Source: Setoptus koraiensis
Lineage: Eukaryota; Animalia; Arthropoda
DNA length: 64,000 nt
Reading direction: 5' to 3'
Assembly: GCA_048013815.1 (NCBI GenBank)
Contig: CM106586.1
Location: 15,562,001-15,626,000, forward strand
The notes below the pieces were generated by a model. The model worked only from the letters and a program-made list of their open reading frames with translations, had not been told where the DNA came from and did no database searches. This document shows positions 46,517 to 61,164 of this stretch, in pieces (within the stretch, counting starts at the first letter, position 1; every line of letters begins with the position of its first letter). The position numbers and the translations under genes are program-made.

Positions 46517-47949
46517 CCTACTGTGAAAGTGCTGACAATTTTGCGATATAGTTGCGTAAGAGAGCTTGGCCAGGTTGGCGCTAGCTTTCGCTGAACTGTT
46601 CTCCGTTGGCTCTGAACTGTTCTCATCTGGCTCAACAGCGATAACGTATCGTTGCCATTATGGGGTTCTTGCGTGCTGTGTCAACCAGCATGGCTTCTTC
46701 TTATTATTGAAACAACACACACAATCCGATCCAGTTTTCTCCCCCGCACTAACAGATTGTGGCACCATCTTTGTTTGAAAAGTACAAGCACAACTATGAT
46801 GCAACCTACTTATTGATCTTCTGGCTGGTTTCAGGCCAGTCAAGCCCAATGGGGCCAATCGGAGCCAGTGGAACATGACTACGAATAGTTCGGGCAGCTA
46901 TCAGCACACACAAACGCCGATTTTACGACAGTATTAATAGTGTTATAATGCTGACATTATTCATTGCTTCATTTTATCAAAATCGTCAATTCTAGGGCCA
47001 AATTCGTTCAATCCGGACAACTGCTTTCAGACTGTTGGGCTTGGCTTGTGTCATAAATTGTGTTATGATGTAAATGAATAATTTATTTACTAAAACCAAA
47101 CATCTATCGACAAGATCAAACAAGAACCAATAGCAATCATGTTGTTATTATTATTCGCAGTAGCGCTTTCATTTCATCAACAAGACTAGCAGCTAGAGCC
47201 GACGTCAATCATTAGGTGCGCCCATTAACACCAACCAGTCTGCTGTATCTTGCTTGTCTCATACAGCAGGCTTACACTCAACTCATATAAATCAATATTT
47301 TGTGATAGTGACAGTATTGTAACTACTAATCAACATTTCAGCATTATATGTTGATTATTGTGAGATTGAAGCACACAAACACTGTTGTGATTTATCCGGA
47401 AAATTGAATATATTGAAAAGCCTGCAAAAGTAGTTTGATTGGCTAATTGGCTGCGACAATTTAGTTAGGGATGAAAAAAGAAGATACAACAATGCAACAA
47501 AAGCTCAGTTCTACAAATATTATGCAACCGAATCAATATAATCGATTAAATCAAACCGCTACTGCAGGAAAAACAAAAGTCTATTCTAGCTAGGAAATGT
47601 CAAACAACACAATACCTGTCCGATTATAAGAATGGTAAGTGATTTTAGTGTAAACAACAGCAGAGGTGACAATTTCTTGATCACAATAATTCAATTGGAT
47701 GCATTTCACCTCGTACAATCCCGGCGTGACAGTTTTTTCAAACTCGGGCCCTTTCTGACAGCAGCCACTTGAGGACTTGTGAACTTTTCGTCGAATGGAA
47801 GTTACCAAGAATCGTACGTTTCCTATAGGTGCACGCTATACGCCCAGAAAACAGAAGGCCTCTCTGTCATAACTAGATCTGTATATTAGATATCGCATTT
47901 GTTTAGAGATAGAATAATTGTTTGATTATAGTAGTTATAATAATTAAGA

Positions 47950-50900
47950 ATGGCAGTAGAGCTCGAGTCGAGAAGGAGGCCCTTCCTATCTGGCCTGACA
48001 ATCTGGTCGATTGGTGTTGTCATTATTAGCTGCCTAATAGTGACCCTGGTGAAACAGGCCAATAATGGCAAATCGTTTATTGTTGGCGATGCCACATCAT
48101 CTCATCAAAGTCAGCAACAAATCGCTGACACCAAACAAACATTTGCGTCCGAAATCAAAAATTGGGCAGGCAGATTAGGCTCTGACATTTATGAGGGCTC
48201 ATCTAAGGCGACCTGTGTGCGTTCAATTCGCGACGCCTATCTGGAACGAGGCGCCCAAGTAGAGCAAATTGACGCTTTCAGGATGCATTCAGACATGTTG
48301 CAACAAATCAGCGATATGATGGTCTGGCACAGGAAGGCTGTTGAATTGATTGCACGAAATGCCGAAGCTCTAGCTGCCAATCACACCTTTATAAAGAATC
48401 TTCATTATGATTATTTAGATGTGCATCGTTTGCGTGGCCTAGACGAGCCCCATTTTCCGACGGACTTCTCTCAATTAGCCGATGATCTATCAAATCAAGC
48501 TGCCTCGTCATCATCCGGAGCGATCAACGTCACCGAGGTACAACAACAGATAATGTTACAGCAACAGTTGGCCAACAATCCGTTAGTGAACGACCCGTCG
48601 TCCTCGGCGGGTTTCAATCAACAAACACCAAGCCAATATCCGGCCTCTAGCAATGGTGGATCACCGGTGCCGGGGCCAGCCGAATGGCAGACACCATTCA
48701 GATATATAGCGCTGTCGAAGCACAAGAATTTCCCTGACATTTTGGTCAATTTGGACATGTCTGCCGTCCATTTACCGGTGCCCGTTTATCCCGGCCAGCA
48801 GGAGATTATGAATGGCATTATGTGGACAGAGGGACTAAATAAGGTTTTTAAGGACAACATGGTTAGAAATCCGCGTCTCACAAATCAATATTTTGCCTCG
48901 TATTTGGGCTTCTTGCGAACATATCCCGCACACAAATGGCGAATTGCACGTAGCGAGCCTGACTTGTACGATGCACGAATGAGGCCGTGGTACGTTGCTG
49001 GTGCCGCATCTCCCAAAGATCTAGTGATTTTAGTTGATTCTAGTGGCTCGATGACGGGCTTGAGACGCGAAATAGCCAAAGGTGTTGTATTTGAAATACT
49101 GGACACGCTCACCGACAATGATTATTTTTCCATATTGAAATTCTCTGAGACTGTCACTCCGATTGGATTGCCTCGATGCGATGCTCCGAAGCCGCCCAAA
49201 TTGGGCACCAATATTGCCAATCTGTGTTTGCCAAACAATCCCACCCCGTTGGATAATAAACAAAAGGTGATTTGTAACAATTACAAAGAACAGCAACAAC
49301 GTCAGACTTTGTACAGACAAGCCCAGATTAAATTGAAGAAGGCCAAACAGCAGCAACTGTTGCAACAACAACTCCTTATGAAAAACAAGAACACACCAAA
49401 TGCCGGTCAGCAATTTGACGCCTCCGATTTGACCACTGACCAGCAAACAATGATGGCCATTGACGACAACATAACCGTCTCGCTTTTAGACGATCTCAAT
49501 GTGATCAATTACAACAATCAACAATATGCATTTAGTCCTACCATTGTCAATGTCACAAACGATCTTGAGGGAGCGCTCATTTTGCCTGCCACGGGCAGAA
49601 ATATTCGCCACATCAAGGGTAATTTCAGTATGACCACATCGGGAATAGCAAATTTCACACACGCTCTAACGGCCGCCTTTGAATTGTTGCAATCATATAA
49701 TAGGACGGGCGATCAGGGTTCTCAATGCAACCAGGCCATTATGCTCATTACTGATGGCGCCCCTGAGGAGAATTTCCAGGAAATTTTCAATCGTTACAAC
49801 TACCCGGATAAGTCGATCAGATTATTTAGTTATGTGATTGGTCGCGAGGTGGGCGACATCAATCCAACCCGTTTGATGGCTTGCAACAATCGAGGATACT
49901 ACACGCACGTGATAAATCTGTCCGAAGTCCGCGAACAAGTGCAACAATATCTGCCTGTGATGTCTAGACCCTTGGTGTTGTGGAAGCAGCATCCGGTTGT
50001 TTGGACGGCCGCATACGGAGACGAAACTTATCAGTTGTTGTCCGATTGGGTGTGGGAAAGCAAGAGACGCGAAAGGGCCAAGATTATCCTGAGCGAAGAA
50101 AGAGATCGCTTGAGTATGGAGGCGTCCAACGAAACTTATACAGTTATTATAATATTGACAGGCATAAAGGAGTATGATGAAATACCACAAGTTGACGAGG
50201 AGCTCAAGAGGCGCTATGTTTGCGAAGACAAAATAGACGATTTGCCGTCGGACGACGAATTTGACACATTGGGCTACAATGACATGGATTGTCATTGGCA
50301 AACTAAGCGTGCCGATCTATTGACCAGTGTTGTTCAGCCAGTGTTTAATACAAAAAACGAAACTCTCTTCTTTGAGCGAGTCCTCCAAAAGAACATTTGG
50401 ATCGAAAAGGAAAAAATGGTGTTCAATGCACAATTGCTGGGCATGGCCTCAGTGGATATTAGCATCGCTGATCTGATGGCCATGGCACCATCGCACAAGC
50501 TAGGCCCCAATGCTTATCCCATATTGGTCACCAACAACGGCTACATTATGTCTCATCCAAATTTGCGCGCCCTATTAGAGGACCCCACCGATCGTCAGTC
50601 GCGTATATTGAAACCGTTTTTTGCTTCGGTTGATCTTAGTCACGTCGAGCTAACTGTTAGCGAGGGTGCCGACAGGAGGCGACCTTATGAGTTTAGTAGG
50701 CGCATTTTGGCGCTTAGAGACGCAGTGGTGAAACGAATGATTGGCTACGATACATTCATGACAAAGCGACCAATTGATTGCCAAAAGAGGGCCCAAACTC
50801 GCAACCAAACCTTCTATTACGGACCAATCAAAGATACGCCATTCAGTTTTTTGATTTCGTTACCACAACCGTACGGATTGTATCGTGTCAAGGCCCAATT

Positions 50901-53874
50901 AGACCTGAAACGAACAACAACAAACACACAATCGTCGGCTAGTAACGCAAGTCCATTCTCTGGCTCAAGCTCGTCAGCAACATTAAACAATCTACCCAGG
51001 CCATTGGGTAGTTATTTTAAGCCAAGTGAATATGATATTTGGACCGTTCATCCGGAGTATAATTATTGCGATGGCTCCAACAACAACAATTCTGTGGGCA
51101 CAATTTTAGATTTATTACAACGGATTGAATCTAAGCAATTCGACGATATTCAATGGAGACATTCCTCTAGTAATCCACCATTTATTGTTCCAGGTAAATT
51201 AATTTGTGATAAAGATTTGCTGCAATCACTGATGTTTGACGCAGTGGTCACCTATGACAAGCCAGACTCTATTTGTGGCTCAACAATGGCCACTGGAGTC
51301 TCTGGCAATACTTTCTCGAGAGACTGTGATAAAAATGGTGACATAAGCAATGGCAATTCGCAAACATCATTCTATGATTCGATCCAAGATCAATTGGGTC
51401 AACAAACATGCAAAATGAGCGCAGCCGAAGTCAGGTGAGTACCTCGACAATCCATTGCCGTTGATAAGTATTATTTGCAATTTCATTTGATAATGTCCCG
51501 TACAGTCTGTCTGCCTACATAGTTGAGATCTATCAAGAGTTGAGCGAATACGTCGTTGTTTCACTTTGTGCAACTCGACTGTTGATGCTTCTCAGATATT
51601 TTGATCTCCTTGTGCATTGATGTCGACGATACAATCTAAAGACATTGATTATTAATTGATTATTCATCTTGCATGATGATTGTTGTGCCTGTATAATTAA
51701 CTTTTGCGTCACACAATCTCTAGTCCTTTGGATATTTTGCTATCTCTTCTTCCAAGGTAAACGGTGGTCGACAAACCGAACTCGATAATTGATCAGCACA
51801 ATAAATTATTATTGTCAATAATTCGTCGATGTTGCTGAAAAATTGATGACTACAAATAGCTCAAATAGCTTATTTGATAGAAACAATTCACTAATTAAAA
51901 CTGATATATCTCTATTTTTCATTGAGTAGGCACAGGTTGGTATCGATGTATGGAATTGAATTGTCTTTCATTGCCACTAGAAGCGGTTTGACACGCGTAA
52001 GAGTGTACGATTTGACCAAAAGAATTAAACGATTGGCGGAGATATTCATCGAGAAACATCCCAGGGCTATGGATGAGACATTCTATGGTAGAACAGTGGA
52101 TTACAATCTATTGATTAATGAAACTGCCACAGTTATCACAGTGCCGTATAATGCCTATATTAGATTGATAGCTAAGCTGCGACAAAGAATAACAGTGTTG
52201 GATTTGAGCAGTCATGATTCTAAGCAACATTGCGAAGATTCCAATCACGACGTTGTTAGAACAAATGACATTATTTTGGAGACAGGTGAATTATCGACAG
52301 TATCTGCCAGTACAACAAGCAGTTCGAGCGATCAGTCACTTGCGATTAATCAAACAACAACAACAACAACAACAACAACTGTTGATGGTCTGTCTTTGAC
52401 GAGCAACATCGACGGTCAGGCCTCAGTTACACCAACTCCCGCCGATCCATACATAGTGGAAAACGCCGGAAACGGACAACAAACAACCACAGCAGGCTCT
52501 TATAAAGGTTTCATGGAGTCGTTGCCAAAGACGGAAAACTATGCTAAATATTCCGCTTATGAATTGTTAGATCTATTATATAATAGTAGTGTACATGTAT
52601 CGGCAACTCAATCAATCGTCATTGGCGAAGGAAAACAACGTTCAGTGGCAGCAGTGACGGGCCTGTTGTACGATTATGCAACATTTGCAAAACGATTCTT
52701 CAACACAACAAGTATGCAAATTAATTCTATGCCTTACGGTTCATCGTCGACCCAACAACAAACGATGAGCGCCAGTATTTGTCATAATGAGGACGGCTAC
52801 AACACTTGTCCAAGCCAATGCGGTTATCGTAACGATTCTGTACATTGTTTTCTCATCGACAACAATGGTTTTGTTGTTGTGAGCGAAGAATTAAATCACA
52901 TTGGTCGCCACCTAGCCGAAATTGATTCGAAATTATTGGCCTCTCTAATAGCAGACGGATTGTATCACCCGGTGGATTTTTACGATTATCAAGCTGTGTG
53001 TATAAAGCCAGAGGACAAAGGGGGCTCATCATCGGCATCTCACAATTATGGCATCATGAGTTTGCGATTTCTATTTAGTTTGTTACACAATTTAATGGCC
53101 ATTATCGCTTGGATTTGGTCAGGTGTCAGTGCGTTACTCTGGTACTATTATGCTATTCCAAACAGTGCTCTAGAATTAATTGGCCTACAACATCAGATGA
53201 CGAGGGGAGCCGTGGACGCCCAGATGTCCCAAGCACAAACTTTGTTGTCCATACTACCCAATAAGACTACGATAAAGCCTTGCGAAAAGGAGTACACCTT
53301 GTTTGAGACTCGTCCCACAAATTCCATATTGAACAACCAGCATAATCAGCATAGATTCATGCACATGTCTAAACAACAACAACTTTACATGCAACAACAG
53401 CAAAAACAACAGCAACAACAACAGCAGCGTCAGCAACAACAATCCAATGGCAAACAATTCAAAGAACAGTCAGTGATCACTTATACGACACATTGCGAAT
53501 GTGACCACTGGTATGTTTATGATCGTGTCCCTAGGACTAACTTAATCATGTTAATTATGAAATCTGATCCATTGTGCTCCAGAGGGCACATACCATTTTG
53601 TGACCTGAGCGCAGAGGCCAGATCGGGCCAGACAAATCCCATTAGAAGCCGACAGTACACAAATGACTCCTCTGACCCCAAAGACACTATTTGCGTTCGT
53701 TTAGAACGCGAGGCCAGTTTATACAGACGAAAACCTGACACCTGTATCAGTTATCACACTAATGAGAACAAGATTGAAGTTTGTGGTTCGGCATTCAAAT
53801 CGGCCGCTGTCAACAACATACTTTTTATTAGCATATTGATTATTAATGCATTGATATCATATTGTTTATTGTAA
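47950..53874 (+). CDS. Voltage-gated calcium channel alpha2/delta subunit (straightjacket/CACNA2D-like); join(47950..51434,51930..53874), about 1809 aa
   Basis: VWA-N (AVHLP..VY, WTEGLNKVF.DN..NP.L..QYF.S..GFLR.YPA.KW); VWA SPKDLVILVDSSGSM; CNQAIMLITDG; Cache-like LGPNAY..TNNGY..HPNLR; CFLIDNNGFVV; C-terminal Cys plus hydrophobic GPI-type tail. Confidence 0.93.
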
Positions 53875-56800
53875 CATTAGCATTAACAATTGAATATTAT
53901 AATTCTCACTGTTGAGGCCTTTATACTGGCCGATTCAGCAAAATAACACATCCGTTCTTGTGCTTCTCGTTTTGATGATTGACGTGTTGAATTTATCTGA
54001 TGACAATTTCTGATGAACAAACATTGCTGGATGGGCTCTATTTCGGGAATGCAGATGGTTTCAAAACTGTAAACTGTGCAGAAAAATTGGATAAACTGTT
54101 TATTTATCCAATTTTTCATCTGACCCTCAGTAGACAAACGACTCATTTGTTTTGTCGATAATCCGTCGATAATCGAGTAGACGAGTATCTTTGCATTGAG
54201 ATTGATGATGATTTCATTGATGATCTCTCTGTATCGGCCGCTGGCTATATTGAAACATGTAGTCGAAAAATTCAAGCAAAAATGCCTTGTTCATCGGTTT
54301 TCGTGGCAGAAAAATTCTATATTCGATGTTTTCGGTCGAAATAAATAGGGCTCAAAAGACGTGTCGCCTTAAGTCTGGCCTAAGTAGCAAGTTTCAGAGT
54401 TTTATCATCACCAGAAAAATTTTAGTCCGTAACCGATTCTGTTCTTCCTAATTATCACTAGTTGTGAGCCAGAGTTTGATAATTGAATTAAAGTGTTCAG
54501 CTCACATTGGTGCCATATATGCTGTGATTTCCGTCGGAACTTTGTCAAGCCGGCAATTCACATGGGGTGGTACCTGGTATCTGTTAAACAATAACTCAGA
54601 TGCCCTGAGGTAAGCTCAATTAGAACAAAACTGAACAGCTCCTAGGCTGAATGCAACTATTGTGTCCCAACTGCAACATCTGTAATCATCACCTTTGTCT
54701 ACCTGTCTAGATACATCACGTAAGTAGTTGTTGCAAAGTATTTCTGATTAGATGGCAGTGTTCAATCGCACATGTATGTGTATCACTTATCTTTCATCGC
54801 GTCACCAGGGGTCACTTTGTGTTGATTAGTTGATGAGTTATCAGGCCATTCCACGAGTCAATAAACGATCGGCAATGTCGTTTAGTTATAGTTGTCGACA
54901 AGTGTGAATTGATTCGTTGTATGGTTTCGACATGCAATCCAAGTCTGTATTTGTTAGATACTTTATTTATTAGAGTCTATTTAATTGTTACAATTGTGCA
55001 AAAAAACCGTTTCATGTTTGTCTGACGAATTTTGTCGACAACAAAAGCAATCGTGTAAATTGTTTACATTGTAGTATTTCACACAAGTGAATAGAATAAG
55101 TCGGGGATCAGCGCCATTATTAGAGTGAATAAATATATACACAAGCGATATTTATTTTAGTGGTTTAGCAGTTGTGACAAAATATAATATCAATGTATGC
55201 CACTATTAAACTGTTTATTCACTTGTTATATTAGATATTAATAAGAGATTAATGGACTGAATGTTGTCACATGTATATAGGATTACTATTTGATTGTAAC
55301 ATCATACAAGTCATCAACAACCACTTGATTACATAAAACAACACCGTGGCTTCACAAGTTATGAAAACCAATGAAGATATTGGTAGACGTTTAGCAAAAC
55401 AACATGCACGCTTATGTATTTTACTACTACTACTGTTAGCTATCGGCGACGATGAAAATGGTTTAGTGTTCCAGTTGTGATGGTATCAATTTCTGCTTCA
55501 CTTCAACGTTAGCTAACTTTATAACTTATCTACAATCTAGATGGATTGATTCATCATAAGCTCCAATGATGCTTATGAAACTTATGTAACACACTTCTGT
55601 GTAAGCTTGTTTGCTAGTCAAACATTTTTATTGATTTGAATTGTTATTTCTTGTTGCAGTTCCTGGCTGCACCATAATGCACCAGTATTGCATCAGTCTC
55701 ATTGATTGTCATTGATCGTGGCGAACGTTTGTTTTCAATAAGCGATCAATTAGTCAAAGTTAGATAAAATGAACCTCTATATTGTAATATGAAGCTGCAA
55801 ACTAATAGGCCAAGAGAGCGAGAAAGAGAGAGAGAATCAAATTTTTGCTAATTTGGAAGTGAGCCTTGGATAATTTCTCTATTCTCGTAGTTGATTCACA
55901 TGGACGAGATGAAGATAAAAAAGCTGACATACTGCTCTGTACACACAAAAAAACTACTAATTCAAGTTTAATCAATTCTACTCTGGCTAATCTCATCCAT
56001 CAAGATCGACTGCAATCCTGATAAGAGCAGATTAGTGCAGTGCGATTCCGGATAACTTTAAGACGATGGTGGCCACTTACAATTAGGATCACGTGCAACC
56101 TCTCAAATGTGGATCATCACTTTGTGTATGTACCGCTGTTTTAGCGACAACAATTGGCCATGACCATTGTTGTTGCTTGTTGTTTCTGCTCAATGTCACG
56201 CTGGACTTCCGTTACCTCTAAACGGCTTCTGCGAGCGAGATTACAACTAGCAATTAGCGGTTTGCAAATCATTTCTGTTGAACATTGGCTCTCTATCAAA
56301 CAAGCCTAAAACGAACGGTATGACGGATGAACTGATTTAATTATACTAATTGTTGTTATTGTTGATAGATCTCAATTACGTGTAATTCATGCTGCTACAC
56401 TTATTATCAGTTGTATTTCAGTCTGATAACGGATGTCACATCACTGGTCAGGTTCATCAAGCGCACAAACAAAGATAAATAAAATCATCATTTAAATTTG
56501 TGATCGATTGCAATCTCTCATTTATTGTTTGTCTATGAGAACGTATCTCAATTTAGAATCTTGGCAGCTGTAACAATGTATACATGATGGTATATTCACA
56601 CAACCAACAACAACGCTGGCAACCGGCGAAGCATCACACTAACTTTTCAAGATGACTAACAGTAAATAAGCAAACTTGCAAGTTTGGTTGTTGGTTACAC
56701 TGTCTTTATTGTCGTTCGATTGTTGTTGGTGTGGCTCATTTTATCTGACTTGCTTGCTTGCTTGATTTTGATAACTAATTATGATGAAGAGGAGGCAACA

Positions 56801-58620
56801 AATTTGTTGTTTACTGGCAATATTGATGCCGCAAGCCATCGCAGACACAAACGCAAAAGCATTAGATACAATTTGAGAATTGAAATGAGTTACTGATGAT
56901 CGTCGGAGCCACAATGAATGAAACAACGTTTTGTATAAGCGGCAACACAACAACAAAAAGAGCGAGAATAAAAAGAAGCAATTCCCAAAAACATGAGGGA
57001 GGTACACCAAATCATTATTTAGAGAGGAGTTAGTGCTGATAGTGAAATGCCGGCGGATCATACACGCGCTCATGTTTGTAAACACTGTGGAACGTTAATG
57101 TATCATATGGAAGCCATCCATGATAAATGTTGTTTGGCCAATGAGAGTGGCACCACTAGAACGATGCCACTTTGGCAGACCAACATTAAACTGAAACTAT
57201 AAATACGTTAGACAAAACAACAAACTTGTATCATTTCGTGATTCCAGCTGAAAGCGACAACAACGGCAACAATATCAACGCTAATTTAAATTTTGCTAAT
57301 CATTATCAATACAACCACAACCACAATTGTCTTGCATGCAAAATATGCGTGCTGCCACTAATTATCTTCAAAGATCATCAATAGAAAAGCAAGAACCTTA
57401 CACGTGCGTAACGAAGCAACAGGTATCGCTGCTGATGGGATCGGACCAAACCAGACCATCATTATCTTGTTGAAGAGTGACTCATTTATACATTTATATA
57501 TATATACATGTTTATGTGTATATTGCAGGGGCTTGTTGTTGTTCATGAGGATAATCAACAGCACTGAACTAACTAGTTAGACAAGTCAAACAAACGAGAC
57601 AAACAATACTTGTCATACGTAGTGCCATTAGTCATTGTGAATAATTCCAAATATTCCAAGCAACGTCGACGGGTATCATCATAAAATCATCAATCACTCC
57701 ATACTCCACCTCGCTCATGCTTAAACATACACACACACACACATTTACACTTGCATAATTTAATTTTATTCTTATAAATTAAATTATTATATTTGTCACA
57801 ACACTTACAACTGTGAGAGCTTATTTTGACCGCTATCGCACCATCATACATTGCACCAAAATCATTGCTGTTGCTGAAGACACCAATACAACAAGCAATT
57901 ATTCTTATGACAACATTTGCTTTTCTTATCAATAATATCTAGCAAAAGTTATCATACTCGATAAAACGCTCTTCAAGTATAGATCATCAGTTGCGATAAT
58001 CGATCGCGACATATACATATATAACCGTTGGTTGGTTTGCTTGGTTGATGTTATAACCGAGACTTCCTTCATCATTACACTATTATTGTCACCACCACTA
58101 TTGAGCTTGCGGCAATAGAAAGCTCGTTACAGACTAAGATCGTAAATTATATAATAATACACTCTAAATCTGCCAATACTGCGCCTCTCTCCCACTGTAA
58201 ATTGCGATTGATTACTCTGATATCCAGTAGAGTGAAACATAGAGCAAAAGCAAGTCATTCAATTTTACCAACTCCTTAATTGATGAGTTCCACGATATTA
58301 GAATCACTCATCTCATCCAATTAATTCATCTATTGGGAATCGGACTGCACCTCAAAACGATACATCACACACCCATACAAAATCCATATAAAGATTATCG
58401 AAACAATTGGGGATTGTTTGTTTTTCGATATTTTTGATCGCACTGAAAAGGAGATAACCAAACAAAAGTGACATACCGGTATATAGGGAAATACAGCACA
58501 CACCTTATATAGCGCATAAAACAATTTTAATTTGACCAGGAATTAATCAATTTAGTTCCGATCGAGTATTGTCTATAGTAGACGAACTTTCTCTACAAAA
58601 GCAGCCAGCTAAAAGTCAAG

Positions 58621-60206
58621 ATGTCCGAAGAAAAAAAGGTTGCGGAAGAGAAGGGCTTGGTCAATGTCCCTTTAATTCCATTGAAGATAACACTATTTTG
58701 TTGGTATGCCGCCGGAGCATGTCTCTTACCCTACATGACACTTCACATGAAACAATTGGGTCTAACCGTATTCGAAATGACTATCGTCTATGCCGTACTA
58801 CCCATAATCCAATTACTTGGTACACCTATAGCCGGCTACATAGCGGACAAGATGGGAAATTACAAGCCGGTCCTTCTAATAAGTTTGGGCACTTGTATAG
58901 TGACTACTTCGCTCATACAAATAGTGCCCGGTAGAAAGGGCCCAGAGCCAGACGATTCCGATGAGTCTCAAGCGGCTGACAATTGGTACATGTTAACTTT
59001 CTGGATTTATATATCAGTGAGAATATTTCATCAGGTTGCCGTTGGCTTATCCTATGTGTTGCTAGACACAACAGCCATTGTATTGTCCGAAGAGCACGGT
59101 TCAAGTTATGGTAGACAAAGATTTTGGGCAATTTTGGCAACAGGTATTTTTTCGCCTATTTGCGGCTTTATTATAGATCACATAAGTGTTTCTGTCGACG
59201 CAGAAACTGGCAATATCATCAACAATTACGCACCAGCTTTCTATTTCTTCAATGTACTTACTGCCATAACTTTCTTTGAGGCCACCATGATCACTGTTAC
59301 AATACCGGAACTACCCACCAATGTTTGGAAAAATATTAGACCACTACTTAAAACGGCTAATATATGGCTATTTTTATTGTCGATATTCGTCATGGGCTCA
59401 TGCTGGGGCTTCCTAGAATCATTCTTGTTTTTACATTTACAAAAATTGGACGCACCAAACTATTTAATGGGATTAACACTGACCGTCGGCGCTTTCGTTG
59501 GTCTACCATTCTTATATGAATCTGAGTGGTTTATTAACAAATTTGGAGCAGTTCCGATATTGTTGGTGGCTTTAGTGGTTTATTTTATAAGACTGATAGG
59601 ATATTCACTAATAGTAAACCCATGGTGGTGCATTCCATTTGAAGTGATGGAGGCATTTACACTCCACTTAATGTGGGTGGCAACAGTCAAATTTGCATAT
59701 TGCTATTCACCTCCAGGTAAGTAATCGCCATGGTGTTTTTTTTTTCTATTTTTCTAGAAACTTTAAATCACGCAACCCAGGATAAATCTCACAAATGTTA
59801 GTACTTTCAAGAACCTATCTAATTATTGATGATAATACACGATTCTTTCATCTATTATCAAACAGGTATGTTGGCCAGTTTACAAGCAGTAGTTGGTGGT
59901 TTGAATTTTGGAGTCGGAAGGGGATTCGGTTCACTTGTAGGAGGTATTGCTTTTGGCCTATTTGGAGCAAGGGTTGCCTTCAGAGTTGTAGGTTGTTTGG
60001 CATTGATAATGGCCATCATTTACGGTATTTGTTATCAATTATTCCTAAAGAAAAGTATCATCAAGGATAGGAGGATACCAAAAAGGAGACAAGTTGAGAA
60101 TGGCTCGGATAATATAAATAACGATGAAAGTTGTCAAGAGACAATTTTGAAGAAGAATCCATCAGTGGACGTGAAGTTCGTAGCTGAAGAGAAATTAAAT
60201 ATGTAG
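58621..60206 (+). CDS. MFSD6-like (MFS_1-like) transporter; join(58621..59716,59866..60206)
   Basis: LIPLKITLF..AAGACLLPYMTLHMKQLGL; IADKMGNYK; YGRQRFW; FLFLHLQKL.A; FEVMEAFTLHLMWVA; GLNFGVGRGFGSLVGG. Confidence 0.88.
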
Positions 60207-60372
60207 ACCAAGACTTCAAAATGGTCATAAGCATATGTACATATGCATATATCATATATATATATATATTTAAATAAATACATATATGATTTAACGATGC
60301 AAGTATGTTTTGTAATATAATAATAATAATAAAAATCATCAAGTACTGTTCTATCAGTTTTTGTGTTTCTTA

Positions 60373-61164
60373 TCAAAAATAAAAGCCATCGTCTGGTGGA
60401 CTAGAGCTGTCAGAGCTACTAGAACTACTCGAGCTACTAGAACTGCTTGAACGACTCCGGCCGCTGAGAGGACTACTAGAGCTGCTTGAATCGCTGGAAC
60501 TGCTCTCAGATAAATGGGGTCCGCTTTCGTTGGAATTGATATGATGACTCTGATAGCCGTTATTATCCATCAAGTTAATTGGCATAGATGATGAGGATTT
60601 GGGATTTGGCGTGCAATTGTTGCTAGTATTACTATTATTAGTTGTATTGATTGTGTTAGGTCCAATACTAGTGCTTCCGCAACTATTGCTACTAGTGCTA
60701 GTGTTTCCATTACTTGTGGCTGCAACAACATGATTGTGATTTGTTATTGTTGCCGATTGATTGATATTATTATTACTACTATTACTATTGGCTTGATTAT
60801 TATTATTATTATTATTATTACTAGTGTTATTACTATTATTATTATTATTATTATTATTACCAGTACTATTGGTATTGTTAATATTGTGGCTGTTGCCACT
60901 GCTCACTCCACGTCTTGTTGCTTTAACTGTAATATTATCAGTAAGTCTTTGTAGAACCATTTCGCCTGTAATCTTATCAATAACTAAGACACACTCTTTA
61001 ACATGGGGCCTCCGTTGGCCTCTGAATACAGAATGACTTGAGACGGATCCTTCAACATTGGGGGCCGTTATAGTAACTTGACCAGAAGGTGTAACTTCAA
61101 CCATAGCTGTTTCGGCACTGCTAACAGAGGCTGGCTTAAAATCGTATCTAAGCGTATGATAGGC
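60373..61164 (-). CDS. Eaf: ELL-associated factor, last exon (upstream exon(s) between about 61260 and 61530 unresolved)
   Basis: After acceptor CAG at 61165: AYHTLRYDFKPASV..QVTITAPNVEG..VFRG..KECVLVID..TGE..L.RL..NITVK.TR; N-rich and S-rich tail. Confidence 0.9.
   Translation of the reverse strand, partial: AYHTLRYDFKPASVSSAETAMVEVTPSGQVTITAPNVEGSVSSHSVFRGQRRPHVKECVLVIDKITGEMVLQRLTDNITVKATRRGVSSGNSHNINNTNSTGNNNNNNNNSNNTSNNNNNNNNQANSNSSNNNINQSATITNHNHVVAATSNGNTSTSSNSCGSTSIGPNTINTTNNSNTSNNCTPNPKSSSSMPINLMDNNGYQSHHINSNESGPHLSESSSSDSSSSSSPLSGRSRSSSSSSSSSSSSSDSSSPPDDGFYF

Noticed and set aside
43638-53874. Functional link between PIGA and the GPI-anchored alpha2delta next door
   Set aside because: PIGA serves all GPI proteins and HCCS intervenes; adjacency alone is not evidence.
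53883-54275. 130-aa minus-strand ORF as a third member of the orphan secreted family (KNWINKQ resembles AWITTQ)
   Set aside because: No ATG start, no signal peptide and no KWIxLYE motif; the similarity is too short.
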